This document shows positions 51,457 through 60,513 of a stretch of DNA of 64,000 nt, one piece after another. Numbering within the stretch: position 1 is the stretch's first letter; each line of letters opens with the position of its first letter. Source of the stretch: Paracoccaceae bacterium (GTDB taxonomy: Bacteria; Pseudomonadota; Alphaproteobacteria; Rhodobacterales; Rhodobacteraceae); contig CP121316.1 in NCBI GenBank assembly GCA_043561795.1, positions 754,061 to 818,060 on the forward strand. Reading direction: 5' to 3'. The position numbers were made by a program, and so were the translations under genes. Below the pieces are notes generated by a model. The model was not told where the DNA came from. It searched no databases and was given only the letters and a program-made list of their open reading frames with translations.

Positions 51457-52160
51457 GCGGCCTCCTGTCTGGGTGTTGCGGCAAGGGGGGCGCGCCCCTG
51501 CCATGTGCCGCGCGTTCCGGTTACGCGGAACCGGGCATACAGCTCTTCATTGAACCAGCCCTCTTCGCGCACCGCGCGGATGGCTTCGGCATGGGGGCCA
51601 CGGCGGGCAAAGGCGGCCATGCTGGCCGCATCGGGCCAGACAGAGAATGTCACCTGATGCAGCAGCGGCACTTCGCCAATGCCAATCTTGAACATCACAT
51701 TGGGATCGGCCCCAACCTTGGCCGAAATATCAGGCACACGGCCCCAGAAGCGCAAGGCGCGCGCAGGTTTCACCGTGGCGCGCGTCATGGCGGCGATCGG
51801 GCCATCTGGTGCGGCCCCTTCGGCGGCAAAGGGGGCTTTGCCCGCCCAATGGCCCCGCACGGAATAGGGTTCCAGATAGATCACACAGCTTTCGCTGGCC
51901 TTGGCCTGCCAGCGCGCGAAGGGCGCGCGTTGCAAGCCAGCCTCGGCGGCTGCGCGGCTGTCCCAAGCGGCCAGAATGGCCCATGTGCCCCAATTGGGCT
52001 TGGGGGTGAACCCCTCGCCCGTGCCAGAGCCGCACAGCTTCCAGAACCGCAGCCCCGGAACATGCGGCAACACAAACCGCGCCGCCCCCATCTGGCCCAG
52101 AACCCAAAGCCGCGCCAAGGCGCGATCAAAGCGGAACAGACTGAGCGTGACGGTTTGCAT
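51453..52160 (-). CDS. crtA: Spheroidene monooxygenase
   Basis: MQTVTLSLFRF, FWKLCGSGTGEGFTP, FKIGIGEVP and GPHAEAIRAVR motifs. Confidence 0.94.
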   Translation of the reverse strand: MQTVTLSLFRFDRALARLWVLGQMGAARFVLPHVPGLRFWKLCGSGTGEGFTPKPNWGTWAILAAWDSRAAAEAGLQRAPFARWQAKASESCVIYLEPYSVRGHWAGKAPFAAEGAAPDGPIAAMTRATVKPARALRFWGRVPDISAKVGADPNVMFKIGIGEVPLLHQVTFSVWPDAASMAAFARRGPHAEAIRAVREEGWFNEELYARFRVTGTRGTWQGRAPLAATPRQEAA

Positions 52161-52180
52161 GACGATTCCCGCCTGTGAAG

Positions 52181-52244
52181 TGTAAACCCAGATTGTCACA
52201 CCCTCTGGCGCGAGTAAAGCGAAGAATGTAAACCTTGATTGACA
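52181..52244. promoter_or_regulatory. PpsR site(s) in the divergent crtA-crtI promoter
   Basis: Exact TGTAAACCTTGATTGACA (52227-52244); a one-mismatch site TGT-N12-TCA at 52181-52198. Confidence 0.75.
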
Positions 52245-52293
52245 GATCGGCACAGTGTAAGCTGAAACGAGCACCAGAAGATGGGAACCGAAC

Positions 52294-53841
52294 ATGTCTG
52301 ATTCTACACAGCCGCAGCGTGCAATTGTCATTGGCGCGGGGCTTGGTGGGTTGGCATCTGCCATGCGGCTGGGGGCCAAGGGCTATGCCGTGACCGTGAT
52401 TGACAAGCTTGATCTGCCGGGCGGGCGCGGATCATCCATCACGCAGGGCGGATACAGGTTTGATCTGGGGCCAACCATTGTAACAGTGCCGCAAGGCCTG
52501 CGCGATCTCTGGGCCGCTTGCGGGCGCGATTTTGACCGCGATGTGACGCTGAAACCGATGGATCCGTTTTATGAAATCCGCTGGCCCGATGGTTCCAGCT
52601 TTACCGCGCGGCAAGATGATAGCGCGATGGAAGCAGAGGTTGCGCGCCTCTCGCCGGGGGATGTGGCGGGCTATCGCAAATTTCTAAGCGACTCTGAGGA
52701 TCGCTATTGGTTTGGCTATGAAAATCTTGGCCGCCGCCCGATGAACGAGCTTTGGGAATTGATCAAGGTCTTGCCGCGCTTTGCATGGTTGCGCGCGGAT
52801 CGGTCTGTCTATGCCCATGCCGCGCGGCGCGTGCGCGACCCGCGCTTGCGCTTTGCGCTGTCGTTTCACCCGCTGTTCATTGGCGGCGATCCGTTTCGCG
52901 TGACATCCATGTATATTCTTGTCAGCCATCTGGAGAAAGCCTTTGGCGTGCATTACGCCATGGGCGGTGTGCAGGCAATTGCCAAGGCCATGGCGCAAGT
53001 GATCCGCGATCAGGGCGGCCAGTTGCAGATGGACACCGAGGTGGACGAGATCTTGGTCGAACACGGGCGCGCGGCAGGTGTGCGGCTGGCCAATGGCACG
53101 CGGCTGGATGCGGCGGTGGTGGTGTCCAATGCCGATGCGGGCCATACCTATACGCGGCTGTTGCGCAACCGGCCCCGCAAACGCTGGACAGATGCGAAAT
53201 TGCAGCGCACGCGCTGGTCTATGGGGCTGTTTGTGTGGTATTTCGGCACGAAAGGCACGCGCGACATGTGGCGCGATGTGGGCCATCATACGATTGTGGT
53301 GGGGCCACGCTACCGCGCCCATATCAAGGATATCTTTATCAATGGCCATCTGGCCGATGATATGAGCCTCTATGTCCATCGCCCTTCTGTCACGGACAGC
53401 TCTGTCGCGCCCGATGGGGATGATTGTTTCTATGTCCTCTCGCCTGTGCCGCATCTGGGGCATGAAAACAGTGTGGATTGGGCGCAAGAAGAAGAACCCT
53501 ACCGCCAGAAAATGCTGGCCATGCTGGAAGAACGGCTGTTGCCGGGCCTGTCTGCCCATATCAGCGAAAGCCTTGTCTTTACGCCCGAAACCTTCCGCGA
53601 CCGCTATCTCTCGCCCCTTGGTGCAGGGTTTTCGATTGAGCCACGGATTTTGCAAAGCGCCTGGTTCCGCCCGCATAATGTCTCAGAGGAAGTGCCGGGC
53701 CTGTATCTGGCCGGGGCTGGCACACATCCGGGCGCAGGTGTGCCCGGTGTGATCGGCACGGCAGAGGTGCTGGCCCAGCTTGTGCCAGATGCGCCCGCCA
53801 CCGCGCGCCCCGCCGCCCCTTTGCCCATGGCCGCAGAATGA
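52294..53841 (+). CDS. crtI: Phytoene desaturase
   Basis: VIGAGLGGL, FDLGPTIVT, FHPLFIGG, AWFRPHN and GAGTHPGAGVPGV motifs. Confidence 0.97.
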   Translation: MSDSTQPQRAIVIGAGLGGLASAMRLGAKGYAVTVIDKLDLPGGRGSSITQGGYRFDLGPTIVTVPQGLRDLWAACGRDFDRDVTLKPMDPFYEIRWPDGSSFTARQDDSAMEAEVARLSPGDVAGYRKFLSDSEDRYWFGYENLGRRPMNELWELIKVLPRFAWLRADRSVYAHAARRVRDPRLRFALSFHPLFIGGDPFRVTSMYILVSHLEKAFGVHYAMGGVQAIAKAMAQVIRDQGGQLQMDTEVDEILVEHGRAAGVRLANGTRLDAAVVVSNADAGHTYTRLLRNRPRKRWTDAKLQRTRWSMGLFVWYFGTKGTRDMWRDVGHHTIVVGPRYRAHIKDIFINGHLADDMSLYVHRPSVTDSSVAPDGDDCFYVLSPVPHLGHENSVDWAQEEEPYRQKMLAMLEERLLPGLSAHISESLVFTPETFRDRYLSPLGAGFSIEPRILQSAWFRPHNVSEEVPGLYLAGAGTHPGAGVPGVIGTAEVLAQLVPDAPATARPAAPLPMAAE

Positions 53842-54875
53842 GCGCCGATACCGATATGGAAGCCTGCCGCGCGGCCATCCGCACAGGCTCGCTGTCCTTT
53901 CACGCGGCGTCAAAGCTGCTGCCCGCCACTGTGCGCGACCCGGCACTGGTGCTTTATGCCTTTTGCCGGCTGGCCGATGATGCCGTGGATGAAGGGCACG
54001 ATCCCACACAGGCCGTGTTGCACCTGCAAGACCGTCTGGACAGCGCCTATGCAGGCCAGCCCCATAACGCCGCCATAGACCGCGCCTTTGCCCGCATGAT
54101 AGAGCGCCACCAAATGCCGCGCGCCCTGCCCGATGCCCTGTTGGAAGGGCTGGCATGGGATGCCGAAGGGCGGCGGTTTGAAACGCTTTCCGGCGTGCTG
54201 GACTATTCCGCGCGCGTGGCGGCTGTGGTGGGGGCCATGATGTGCGTTCTGATGGGCGTGCATGATCGGCACAGGCTGGCGCGGGCCTGCGATCTGGGCT
54301 TGGCCATGCAGCTGACAAATATCGCGCGCGATGTGGGCGAAGATGCCCGGCGCGGGCGGATATACCTGCCGCTGGAGTGGTTTGCCGAAAGCGGGATCAG
54401 CCCGCAGGCGTTTTTGCGCGCGCCCCAGGCCCTGCCCGAAATCTGCGCCATGACAGACCGCCTGCTGCGCGAGGCCGACAGGCTATATACCCGCGCAGAA
54501 CCCGGCATTTCCGCTCTGCCCCTTGCCTGCCGTCCCGGTATCTTTGCCGCCAGCCGCATTTACCGCGGCATTGGGCAGGTGATCCGCGCGCAGGGCTGCG
54601 ACAGTATCAGCCAACGCGCGGTCACAACGCGCGGGCGCAAACTGGGCTGGCTGGGCCTGTCTGCGCTGCGCGCAGGCGGCAGCCTTGTGCTGCCGCAAAT
54701 GGCCACGCTTTACGCCCGCCCGCAGCCGGAAACTGCTTTTCTGGTGCAGGCGGCCACGCGCGAGAATACGCGCTTCAGCCGCTCGGAAACGCTGATTACC
54801 GCGCTGTCGCGGCTGCGTGCGCAAGATATGAAGCGGCGAGAGGCCCATACAGGCTTGGATCGGCGCAGCGCCTGA
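53838..54875 (+). CDS. crtB: Phytoene synthase
   Basis: GSLSF, YAFCRLADD, ARVAAVVG and LGLAMQLTNIARDVGEDA motifs. Confidence 0.96.
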   Translation: MSADTDMEACRAAIRTGSLSFHAASKLLPATVRDPALVLYAFCRLADDAVDEGHDPTQAVLHLQDRLDSAYAGQPHNAAIDRAFARMIERHQMPRALPDALLEGLAWDAEGRRFETLSGVLDYSARVAAVVGAMMCVLMGVHDRHRLARACDLGLAMQLTNIARDVGEDARRGRIYLPLEWFAESGISPQAFLRAPQALPEICAMTDRLLREADRLYTRAEPGISALPLACRPGIFAASRIYRGIGQVIRAQGCDSISQRAVTTRGRKLGWLGLSALRAGGSLVLPQMATLYARPQPETAFLVQAATRENTRFSRSETLITALSRLRAQDMKRREAHTGLDRRSA

Positions 54876-54907
54876 CCTACATATTCCCCCAGTGGCCAGA
54901 CGCGCCC

Positions 54908-54956
54908 GCGCCCCTTGGGGCGCGCGAATGTATCTCTTGCGCCCCTTGGGGCGCGC
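54908..54956. repeat. Duplicated 18-bp palindromic unit between crtB and tspO
   Basis: GCGCCCCTTGGGGCGCGC at 54908-54925 and 54939-54956; each folds as GCGCCCC-tt-GGGGCGC. Confidence 0.85.
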
Positions 54957-55007
54957 AATTGGATCAAGCCCGGCTGGCTGTCAGCGCGGGTGGCAAGAGG
55001 GTTTTTC

Positions 55008-55466
55008 ATGGATTGGATGCTGTTTTTCACATTTCTGGCCGCCTGTGGCGCGGCGGGTGCCACAGGTTCCATGTTCGAGCCGGGAAATTGGTATCGCGAC
55101 CTTGATAAACCTGTCTGGACACCGCCGGGCTTTGTCTTTCCGCTGGTCTGGGTCACGCTCTATATCGCCATCGCTTATGCCGCCATGCGTGTCGCCCCTC
55201 TGGATGGGGCGCCGCAGGCGCTGGCCTTCTGGGCGGTGCAGATTGCGTTCAATACGCTCTGGTCGCCTGTGTTTTTCGGCCTGAAGCGGATGCGCCCTGC
55301 CTTTATCGTGCTCTGCTGCCTGTGGCTGTCGGTTGCGGCCACCATGGTCAGTTTCTGGGCGCTGGATAGCGTGGCGGGACTGTTGTTTGCGCCCTATCTG
55401 CTGTGGGTAACAATCGCGGGCGCGCTGAATTTCTCGGTCTGGAAGCGCAATCCGCAATTTGCCTGA
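55008..55466 (+). CDS. tspO: Tryptophan-rich sensory protein TspO
   Basis: WYRDLDKPVWTPP..VFP.VW, LWSPVFFG and PYLLWV motifs. Confidence 0.95.
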   Translation: MDWMLFFTFLAACGAAGATGSMFEPGNWYRDLDKPVWTPPGFVFPLVWVTLYIAIAYAAMRVAPLDGAPQALAFWAVQIAFNTLWSPVFFGLKRMRPAFIVLCCLWLSVAATMVSFWALDSVAGLLFAPYLLWVTIAGALNFSVWKRNPQFA

Positions 55467-55511
55467 ACGCGGCCCAAAGGGGGGCGGCGCATAGCCCCCA
55501 CCACCCCGCGC

Positions 55512-56090
55512 TTATGCCCCGATTTTCGCTTTGCCTGTGCCGCGCCCTGCCGCAATCGGGGCCGTTCCGGCATGTGGCCCGAAAATCGTTTCCAGATGTT
55601 TTGCCAGATAAATGCGCAGCCAGGGCGTAAACCGCTCTGGCCGCCGCTCTACGATAGAGCGCAGGGCGGGCAGGTTGATCCAATCCACATCCGCCACTTC
55701 TTCAGGGTTGGGGGTGACAGGCAGATCGGGCATGGCGCGGGCTGTGTAAACCTGCACCACCTCATGCTCCACCAGCCCGCCGCCCACATCGGCGCGATAT
55801 TCAATCTCGCCCGCATGGCGCAAATCCAGCCCCGAAATGCCCAATTCCTCATTCAGGCGGCGGGTGGCGCAATCCAGATCGCTTTCGCCCCAATGGGGGT
55901 GGGTGCAGCAGGTATTCGCCCATAGGCCCGGCGTATGGTATTTGTGCAGCGCGCGGCGCTGGATCAGCACGCGGTCGCCCTCTGTTACGAAAACGGAAAT
56001 CGCCTTGTGCTTCAGCCCGCGCCTGTGCACATCCAGCTTGTCCATGGGTTTCAGCGTGCCATCCTCCCAGGCGGGGATAAGCCAGCTCAT
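55512..56090 (-). CDS. idi: Isopentenyl-diphosphate delta-isomerase type 1
   Basis: KLDVH..GL.H.A.S, WANTCCTHP, EHEVV and FTPW motifs. Confidence 0.94.
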   Translation of the reverse strand: MSWLIPAWEDGTLKPMDKLDVHRRGLKHKAISVFVTEGDRVLIQRRALHKYHTPGLWANTCCTHPHWGESDLDCATRRLNEELGISGLDLRHAGEIEYRADVGGGLVEHEVVQVYTARAMPDLPVTPNPEEVADVDWINLPALRSIVERRPERFTPWLRIYLAKHLETIFGPHAGTAPIAAGRGTGKAKIGA

Positions 56091-57268
56091 GTGTAGCCGG
56101 GCCGCACCAGCCCTGTCAGATGCAGCATGTTCTTGATGCCGATCTTGATATGGGCCAAAGGCCGTGCGGCCACCAGTTTCTTGTTCATATAAGCCTCGAA
56201 TGTCAGGCGCTGCACATCAATATCATGGCAGAGAGAGACAAAACGCTCGCGCCGCTCGTCGGATTTGTAATAGGCATCCTGCATCTGGCGCAACACCCGG
56301 AACACGGTTTTGTGTTCGCGCATGAACAGCTTGCGCGCCAGTGCCAAATCCTTGGCCCGGCCAGAGGCCAGCGCCGCTTGCGCGGCCGTGGCCGCCACGC
56401 GCCCGCCCACCATGGCATAATAAATCCCCTCGCCGGAAGAGGGCGCAACCACCCCCGCCGCATCGCCTGCAAGCACCACATCGCGGCCATTGTCCCACTT
56501 GTCCAGCGGGCGCAGCGGAATGGGCGCGCCTTCGCGCCGGATCGTCTCGCAGCCTGTGAGGCCCGACATGGCGCGCAAATCGGCTGTGGCCTTTTTCAGA
56601 TCAGCGCCGTTAACTTCTGTGCCCATGCCCACGCTGGCATGTGCGCCATGCGGAAACACCCAGCCATAAAAATCGGGCGAGATGCGGCCATCATAGATTA
56701 CATCGCAGCGATCGGGGTTATAGACATCATTCGCGGGCGGAGCTTTGATAATCTCGTGATAGGCAATCACATAGGGGATTTTATCGCCCCCCGGCACTTC
56801 GGCCCGCGCGACATTGGAACGCGCGCCATCTGCGCCAATGACCAGTTTTGTGGCGCTGCGGCGTTCTTCGCCGCTGGCCTTGTCGCGCCAGATGACATGG
56901 GTTCCCGCTGTGTCGCGTTCAATACGCAGGAATGTGCCTGTCAGCCGTTCGGCGCCGTAGCTAGCAGCGCGGGCGCGCAAAAATTCGTCAAAATGCTCGC
57001 GATCCACCATGCCCACAAAGCCATTTTCGATGGGAATATCCACCGCCCGCCCGGTAGGAGAGATCATGCGCGCCGTGGTGATCTGCGCCACCACCTGTGA
57101 CATGGGAATATCGAAATCCGCAATGGCGCGCGGTGGGATGGCCCCGCCACAAGGCTTTATCCGGCCAGCTCTGTCCAGCAGCGCCACTTTGCGGCCCGCG
57201 CGCGCCAGATCCTCTGCGGCCACAGCGCCCGAAGGCCCGCCGCCCACAACGAAAACATCATATTGCAT
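56087..57268 (-). CDS. bchP: Geranylgeranyl reductase
   Basis: VGGGPSG, KPCGGAIP, FYGWVFPH and GDAAGVV..SGEGIY motifs. Confidence 0.96.
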   Translation of the reverse strand: MQYDVFVVGGGPSGAVAAEDLARAGRKVALLDRAGRIKPCGGAIPPRAIADFDIPMSQVVAQITTARMISPTGRAVDIPIENGFVGMVDREHFDEFLRARAASYGAERLTGTFLRIERDTAGTHVIWRDKASGEERRSATKLVIGADGARSNVARAEVPGGDKIPYVIAYHEIIKAPPANDVYNPDRCDVIYDGRISPDFYGWVFPHGAHASVGMGTEVNGADLKKATADLRAMSGLTGCETIRREGAPIPLRPLDKWDNGRDVVLAGDAAGVVAPSSGEGIYYAMVGGRVAATAAQAALASGRAKDLALARKLFMREHKTVFRVLRQMQDAYYKSDERRERFVSLCHDIDVQRLTFEAYMNKKLVAARPLAHIKIGIKNMLHLTGLVRPGYT

Positions 57269-57271
57269 GGC

Positions 57272-58543
57272 CTATTCCCCCGGAACCATCAGCGCATTCG
57301 GGCGCGGTGACATGATGCGCGCAGCCAAGGCCGCAGACGCTATGAAAATTGTTGCCTGAAACAGGAAAACCGCGCCAAAGGCATCGGCCACCGGCAACAG
57401 GCTGCGCGCCAGATCCACCAGCGCGGCCCCTGTCAGCCCGCCAAACCCTGCCGCAATCGCCTGTGATGCGCCCCAAAGGCCAACCCGCGCGCCTTCGCGC
57501 TTGTCGCGCCCCTCGCCTGCAAGCTGCATCATGGCGCCAATCGCGGCCACGGCAAACATGCCATTGAAGAAGCCCAGCGCCACCACCAGTGGAACCAGGG
57601 GCAGCGCCCAGAGGCTTGCGCCCGCAATCGCCACCAGCATCAGCGCAGACCCCGCACAGCCCGCCACAACCCACGCCCGCAAGCTGCCGATGCGCAACCC
57701 AGAGGCCGCAACCCCCACCAGCACCATGCCCAGAAAAACCCCGCCATTCTGTGCGCCCGACATCTGCGTGGATTGCCCCGGCGTAAAGCCGAAGACCAAT
57801 CCGGCATAGGGTTCAAGAATAAGCTCTTGCATGAAATAGGCGGTCATGGACAGAAACACGAAAAAGGTGAAATGGCGCGCGCGGGTATCGGCCCATATCT
57901 CGCGCATGCCGTCGCGAAACCGTGCAGGCGGAGGGGCGGGGCGGATTACCACCCGCCGCTCTATCCCCCAGACGGCCAGCGTGGTCAGCGCCACTGCGCC
58001 CGCGCAAATGATCGCCACAACCGCCAGCAAACGCGCATGGCTGTAGGGATCAAGGAATTTGCCCGCCGTGATGGCAGTAAGCGCAATGCCCGCAATCATC
58101 ATCAGCCATGTGATTGTGGCCGCAGCCGGGCGGCGGTGTTCGGCAGTGGCCGTGGCCATGAGCGCCAGAAGCGATGTGCCAGAGGCCCCGACCCCCAGCC
58201 CGATCACCGCATAGGCCAGCAGCGAGAGCGCAAGGCCAAGGGCAAAATTGCTCTCCAGCAGCGGAATGGCCAGCGCCGCGCCCAAGCCCCCCGCCGCCAG
58301 AATGGCCATGCCCGCAATGATCCAGCGCGTGCGGTTGCCGCCCTGATCTGCCAGATGGCCCCATTGCGGGCGCGTGATCTGCACACCGTAATGCAGCGCC
58401 ACCAGAAACCCCGGCAAAACCACCGGTAAGGACAGTTCCACCACCATCAGGCGGTTGAGGGTGGATGTCATCATCACCACAATCGCGCCAAGGCTGGCTT
58501 GCACCAGCCCAAGGCGGAAAATCTGGCCCCAGCCCAGCGTCAT
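57272..58543 (-). CDS. PucC/BCD-family MFS protein (orf428 equivalent)
   Basis: RLGLVQ...TSTLNRLMVVEL and QELILEPY motifs; ~12 TM helices; lies between bchG and bchP. Confidence 0.92.
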   Translation of the reverse strand: MTLGWGQIFRLGLVQASLGAIVVMMTSTLNRLMVVELSLPVVLPGFLVALHYGVQITRPQWGHLADQGGNRTRWIIAGMAILAAGGLGAALAIPLLESNFALGLALSLLAYAVIGLGVGASGTSLLALMATATAEHRRPAAATITWLMMIAGIALTAITAGKFLDPYSHARLLAVVAIICAGAVALTTLAVWGIERRVVIRPAPPPARFRDGMREIWADTRARHFTFFVFLSMTAYFMQELILEPYAGLVFGFTPGQSTQMSGAQNGGVFLGMVLVGVAASGLRIGSLRAWVVAGCAGSALMLVAIAGASLWALPLVPLVVALGFFNGMFAVAAIGAMMQLAGEGRDKREGARVGLWGASQAIAAGFGGLTGAALVDLARSLLPVADAFGAVFLFQATIFIASAALAARIMSPRPNALMVPGE

Positions 58544-59448
58544 GCGGCCAACCCCCGCAGCGCGAAGGCGGCAACCATCATGCCCAGCACATAGGGGCCA
58601 ACGCCTGTGCCATTAAACCACGGCGCAAGGCGGGCAGGGTCTTGGCGCCAGCGGCCCAAGGCCCAGATTTGCACGCCAATGCCCAGCGCGATAAGGCCCG
58701 CATGCACCGGCGCGCCCCAGATTATCAGCAAGAACACCACAACCAGTTGCGCCAGCACCATCACTGTGCCCGCCACTGTGGCCGCATCTACCGGGCCAAG
58801 CGTGACGGGAAGGGATTTCAGGCCCATCTGGCGATCGCCCTCTATCGCCTTGAAATCATTGATTGTCATGATCCCATGCGCGCCCAGCCCATACAAAACC
58901 GCAATGGCCACAATTTCAAACCGTGGCGCACCGGCGGCGATAACGGCAGCGCCGGTAAACCATGGCAGCGATTCATAGCTTAGCCCCACCAGCCCCGGCC
59001 CCCACCAGCCAGAGCGCTTGGCGCGCACCGGTTCGGCGGAATAGGCCCATGCGGCCAGTACGCCCACCACTGTCGCGCCAAAGCCCCAAGGGCCAAGCTG
59101 CCAGCCTACGGCCAGCGCAAACACGCTCATCAGAGCCGCGATATACAGCCCCCAGCGGCCCGGAATGCGGCCCGATGGAATGGGGCGGTTGGGTTCATTG
59201 ATGGCATCTACATGGCGGTCGCACCAGTCATTCGCGGCCTGCGACATGCCGCAGACAATCGGCCCGGCCAAAAGCACCCCCAGCACCACCAAGGCCCAGC
59301 TTTCGGGCCAGACCCCGACAGAGATGATACCACACAGATAGGCCCACATTGGCGGGAACCACGTGATCGGCTTTATCAGCTCCAGCATGGCGCGCGGTTG
59401 CGGCAGGCTGGACGGTTTGGGGCGGGTTGCAAGACTCATATCGCTCAT
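58540..59448 (-). CDS. bchG: Bacteriochlorophyll synthase
   Basis: LIKPITWFPP, NDWCDRHVDAINEPNRPIPSGR and NDFKAIEGD motifs; the start may be ATG 59439. Confidence 0.96.
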   Translation of the reverse strand: MSDMSLATRPKPSSLPQPRAMLELIKPITWFPPMWAYLCGIISVGVWPESWALVVLGVLLAGPIVCGMSQAANDWCDRHVDAINEPNRPIPSGRIPGRWGLYIAALMSVFALAVGWQLGPWGFGATVVGVLAAWAYSAEPVRAKRSGWWGPGLVGLSYESLPWFTGAAVIAAGAPRFEIVAIAVLYGLGAHGIMTINDFKAIEGDRQMGLKSLPVTLGPVDAATVAGTVMVLAQLVVVFLLIIWGAPVHAGLIALGIGVQIWALGRWRQDPARLAPWFNGTGVGPYVLGMMVAAFALRGLAA

Positions 59449-59450
59449 GT

Positions 59451-59503
59451 TGTAAACTTTGCCTTACATTTTTAATTCCATCAAGTGTTAATTCGCCCTT
59501 ACA
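59451..59503. promoter_or_regulatory. Paired PpsR sites between bchG and the divergent PepSY gene
   Basis: TGTAAACTTTGCCTTACA (59451-59468) and TGTTAATTCGCCCTTACA (59486-59503). Confidence 0.85.
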
Positions 59504-59593
59504 GTGCGCGAGTTTCCGCGCATGGCCCGAAGCGGCAGGTTGAACCAGCAATGCCCGCGCATATCCGCCCCCAAACGCATGAAGGAGATTGTC

Positions 59594-59845
59594 GTGAAAC
59601 TGCGCTATATTTTCCCTGTAACCCTTGCGCTAAGCGCTGCGCCCGCGCTGGCAGATCGCACCCCACCGGCAGAGGCCCTGCCCCTGTCCGCCATCATCAC
59701 AGCGCTGGAAGCGCGCTATGACATCCGCTTCATTGACGAAATTGACTGGGATGAAGACGGCTATTGGGAAGTGGAACTTTTCACCAAGGACGGCGCCAAG
59801 ATAGAGTTGAAGCTAGACCCTGTAACGGGAGAGCCGCGCCGATAG
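59594..59845 (+). CDS. Small exported PepSY-domain protein
   Basis: AAGGAG RBS then GTG; signal peptide ending PALA; PLSAIITALE...IDEIDWDEDGYWEVE...IELKLDPVTGE matches the PepSY pattern. Confidence 0.8.
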   Translation: MKLRYIFPVTLALSAAPALADRTPPAEALPLSAIITALEARYDIRFIDEIDWDEDGYWEVELFTKDGAKIELKLDPVTGEPRR

Positions 59846-59916
59846 ACCGCCCGGCAAAGATGATCGCGATTTGGGGCCTTTTGGGGGCGCAGCCAGACCG
59901 AAGGCAGCAGGGTTTG

Positions 59917-60513
59917 CTACCGGAGCGCAGGCGCAGCCTTGGGGCCTATCACAAAGCGACAGGCCCGCGCGCCGGTGGCCGAACAGGCCAGTTCCACCAC
60001 GCGCACATCCGGCCAGACCAGCGCACCAAACAACCGTTCAAATACGGCCACATGCCAATCACAGGCCGCGCCCCCCACGGCCAAGGGATTGCCCGCAATT
60101 TCAAATGTCAGGGGGGTGTGGCTGGTAATGCGAAACACCCCAGAGCCTGCAAATGTCCAGCTGTGCTTGGCAATTGCGGCCGATAACAGCCGCGCCCCGG
60201 CCCATGCCGGAACATGCCGGATCAGCCATTGCGCGGCGGGCGGGATACGGTGGGCCAGAATATAATCGCCCGTGCCCAAGCCCGCCGCGCGCTGAATTTC
60301 CGCCGCGCGGTCGGGCAGGAACAGGCGCACGGCTTGGTGCAGGCGCGCCACGTCATCTTCGGGCAGCATACCGGCATCGGGGGGCGGTTCTGTAACGCCC
60401 GCGCGGTACAGCAGCGCATTGCGCAACCGCTCTCCGATCATGGCATCCAGAACCGGGATATGCTGCAAGACCGCATTTGGCCCTATGCGTGCCGGGGCGG
60501 CCAAGGCGCTCAC
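59917..60513 (-). CDS. bchJ: Bacteriochlorophyll 4-vinyl reductase-associated protein BchJ
   Basis: [26 protein letters not shown] and V4R-type C..H..VFERLF...C.A.G...CRF motifs. Confidence 0.93.
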   Translation of the reverse strand: MSALAAPARIGPNAVLQHIPVLDAMIGERLRNALLYRAGVTEPPPDAGMLPEDDVARLHQAVRLFLPDRAAEIQRAAGLGTGDYILAHRIPPAAQWLIRHVPAWAGARLLSAAIAKHSWTFAGSGVFRITSHTPLTFEIAGNPLAVGGAACDWHVAVFERLFGALVWPDVRVVELACSATGARACRFVIGPKAAPALR

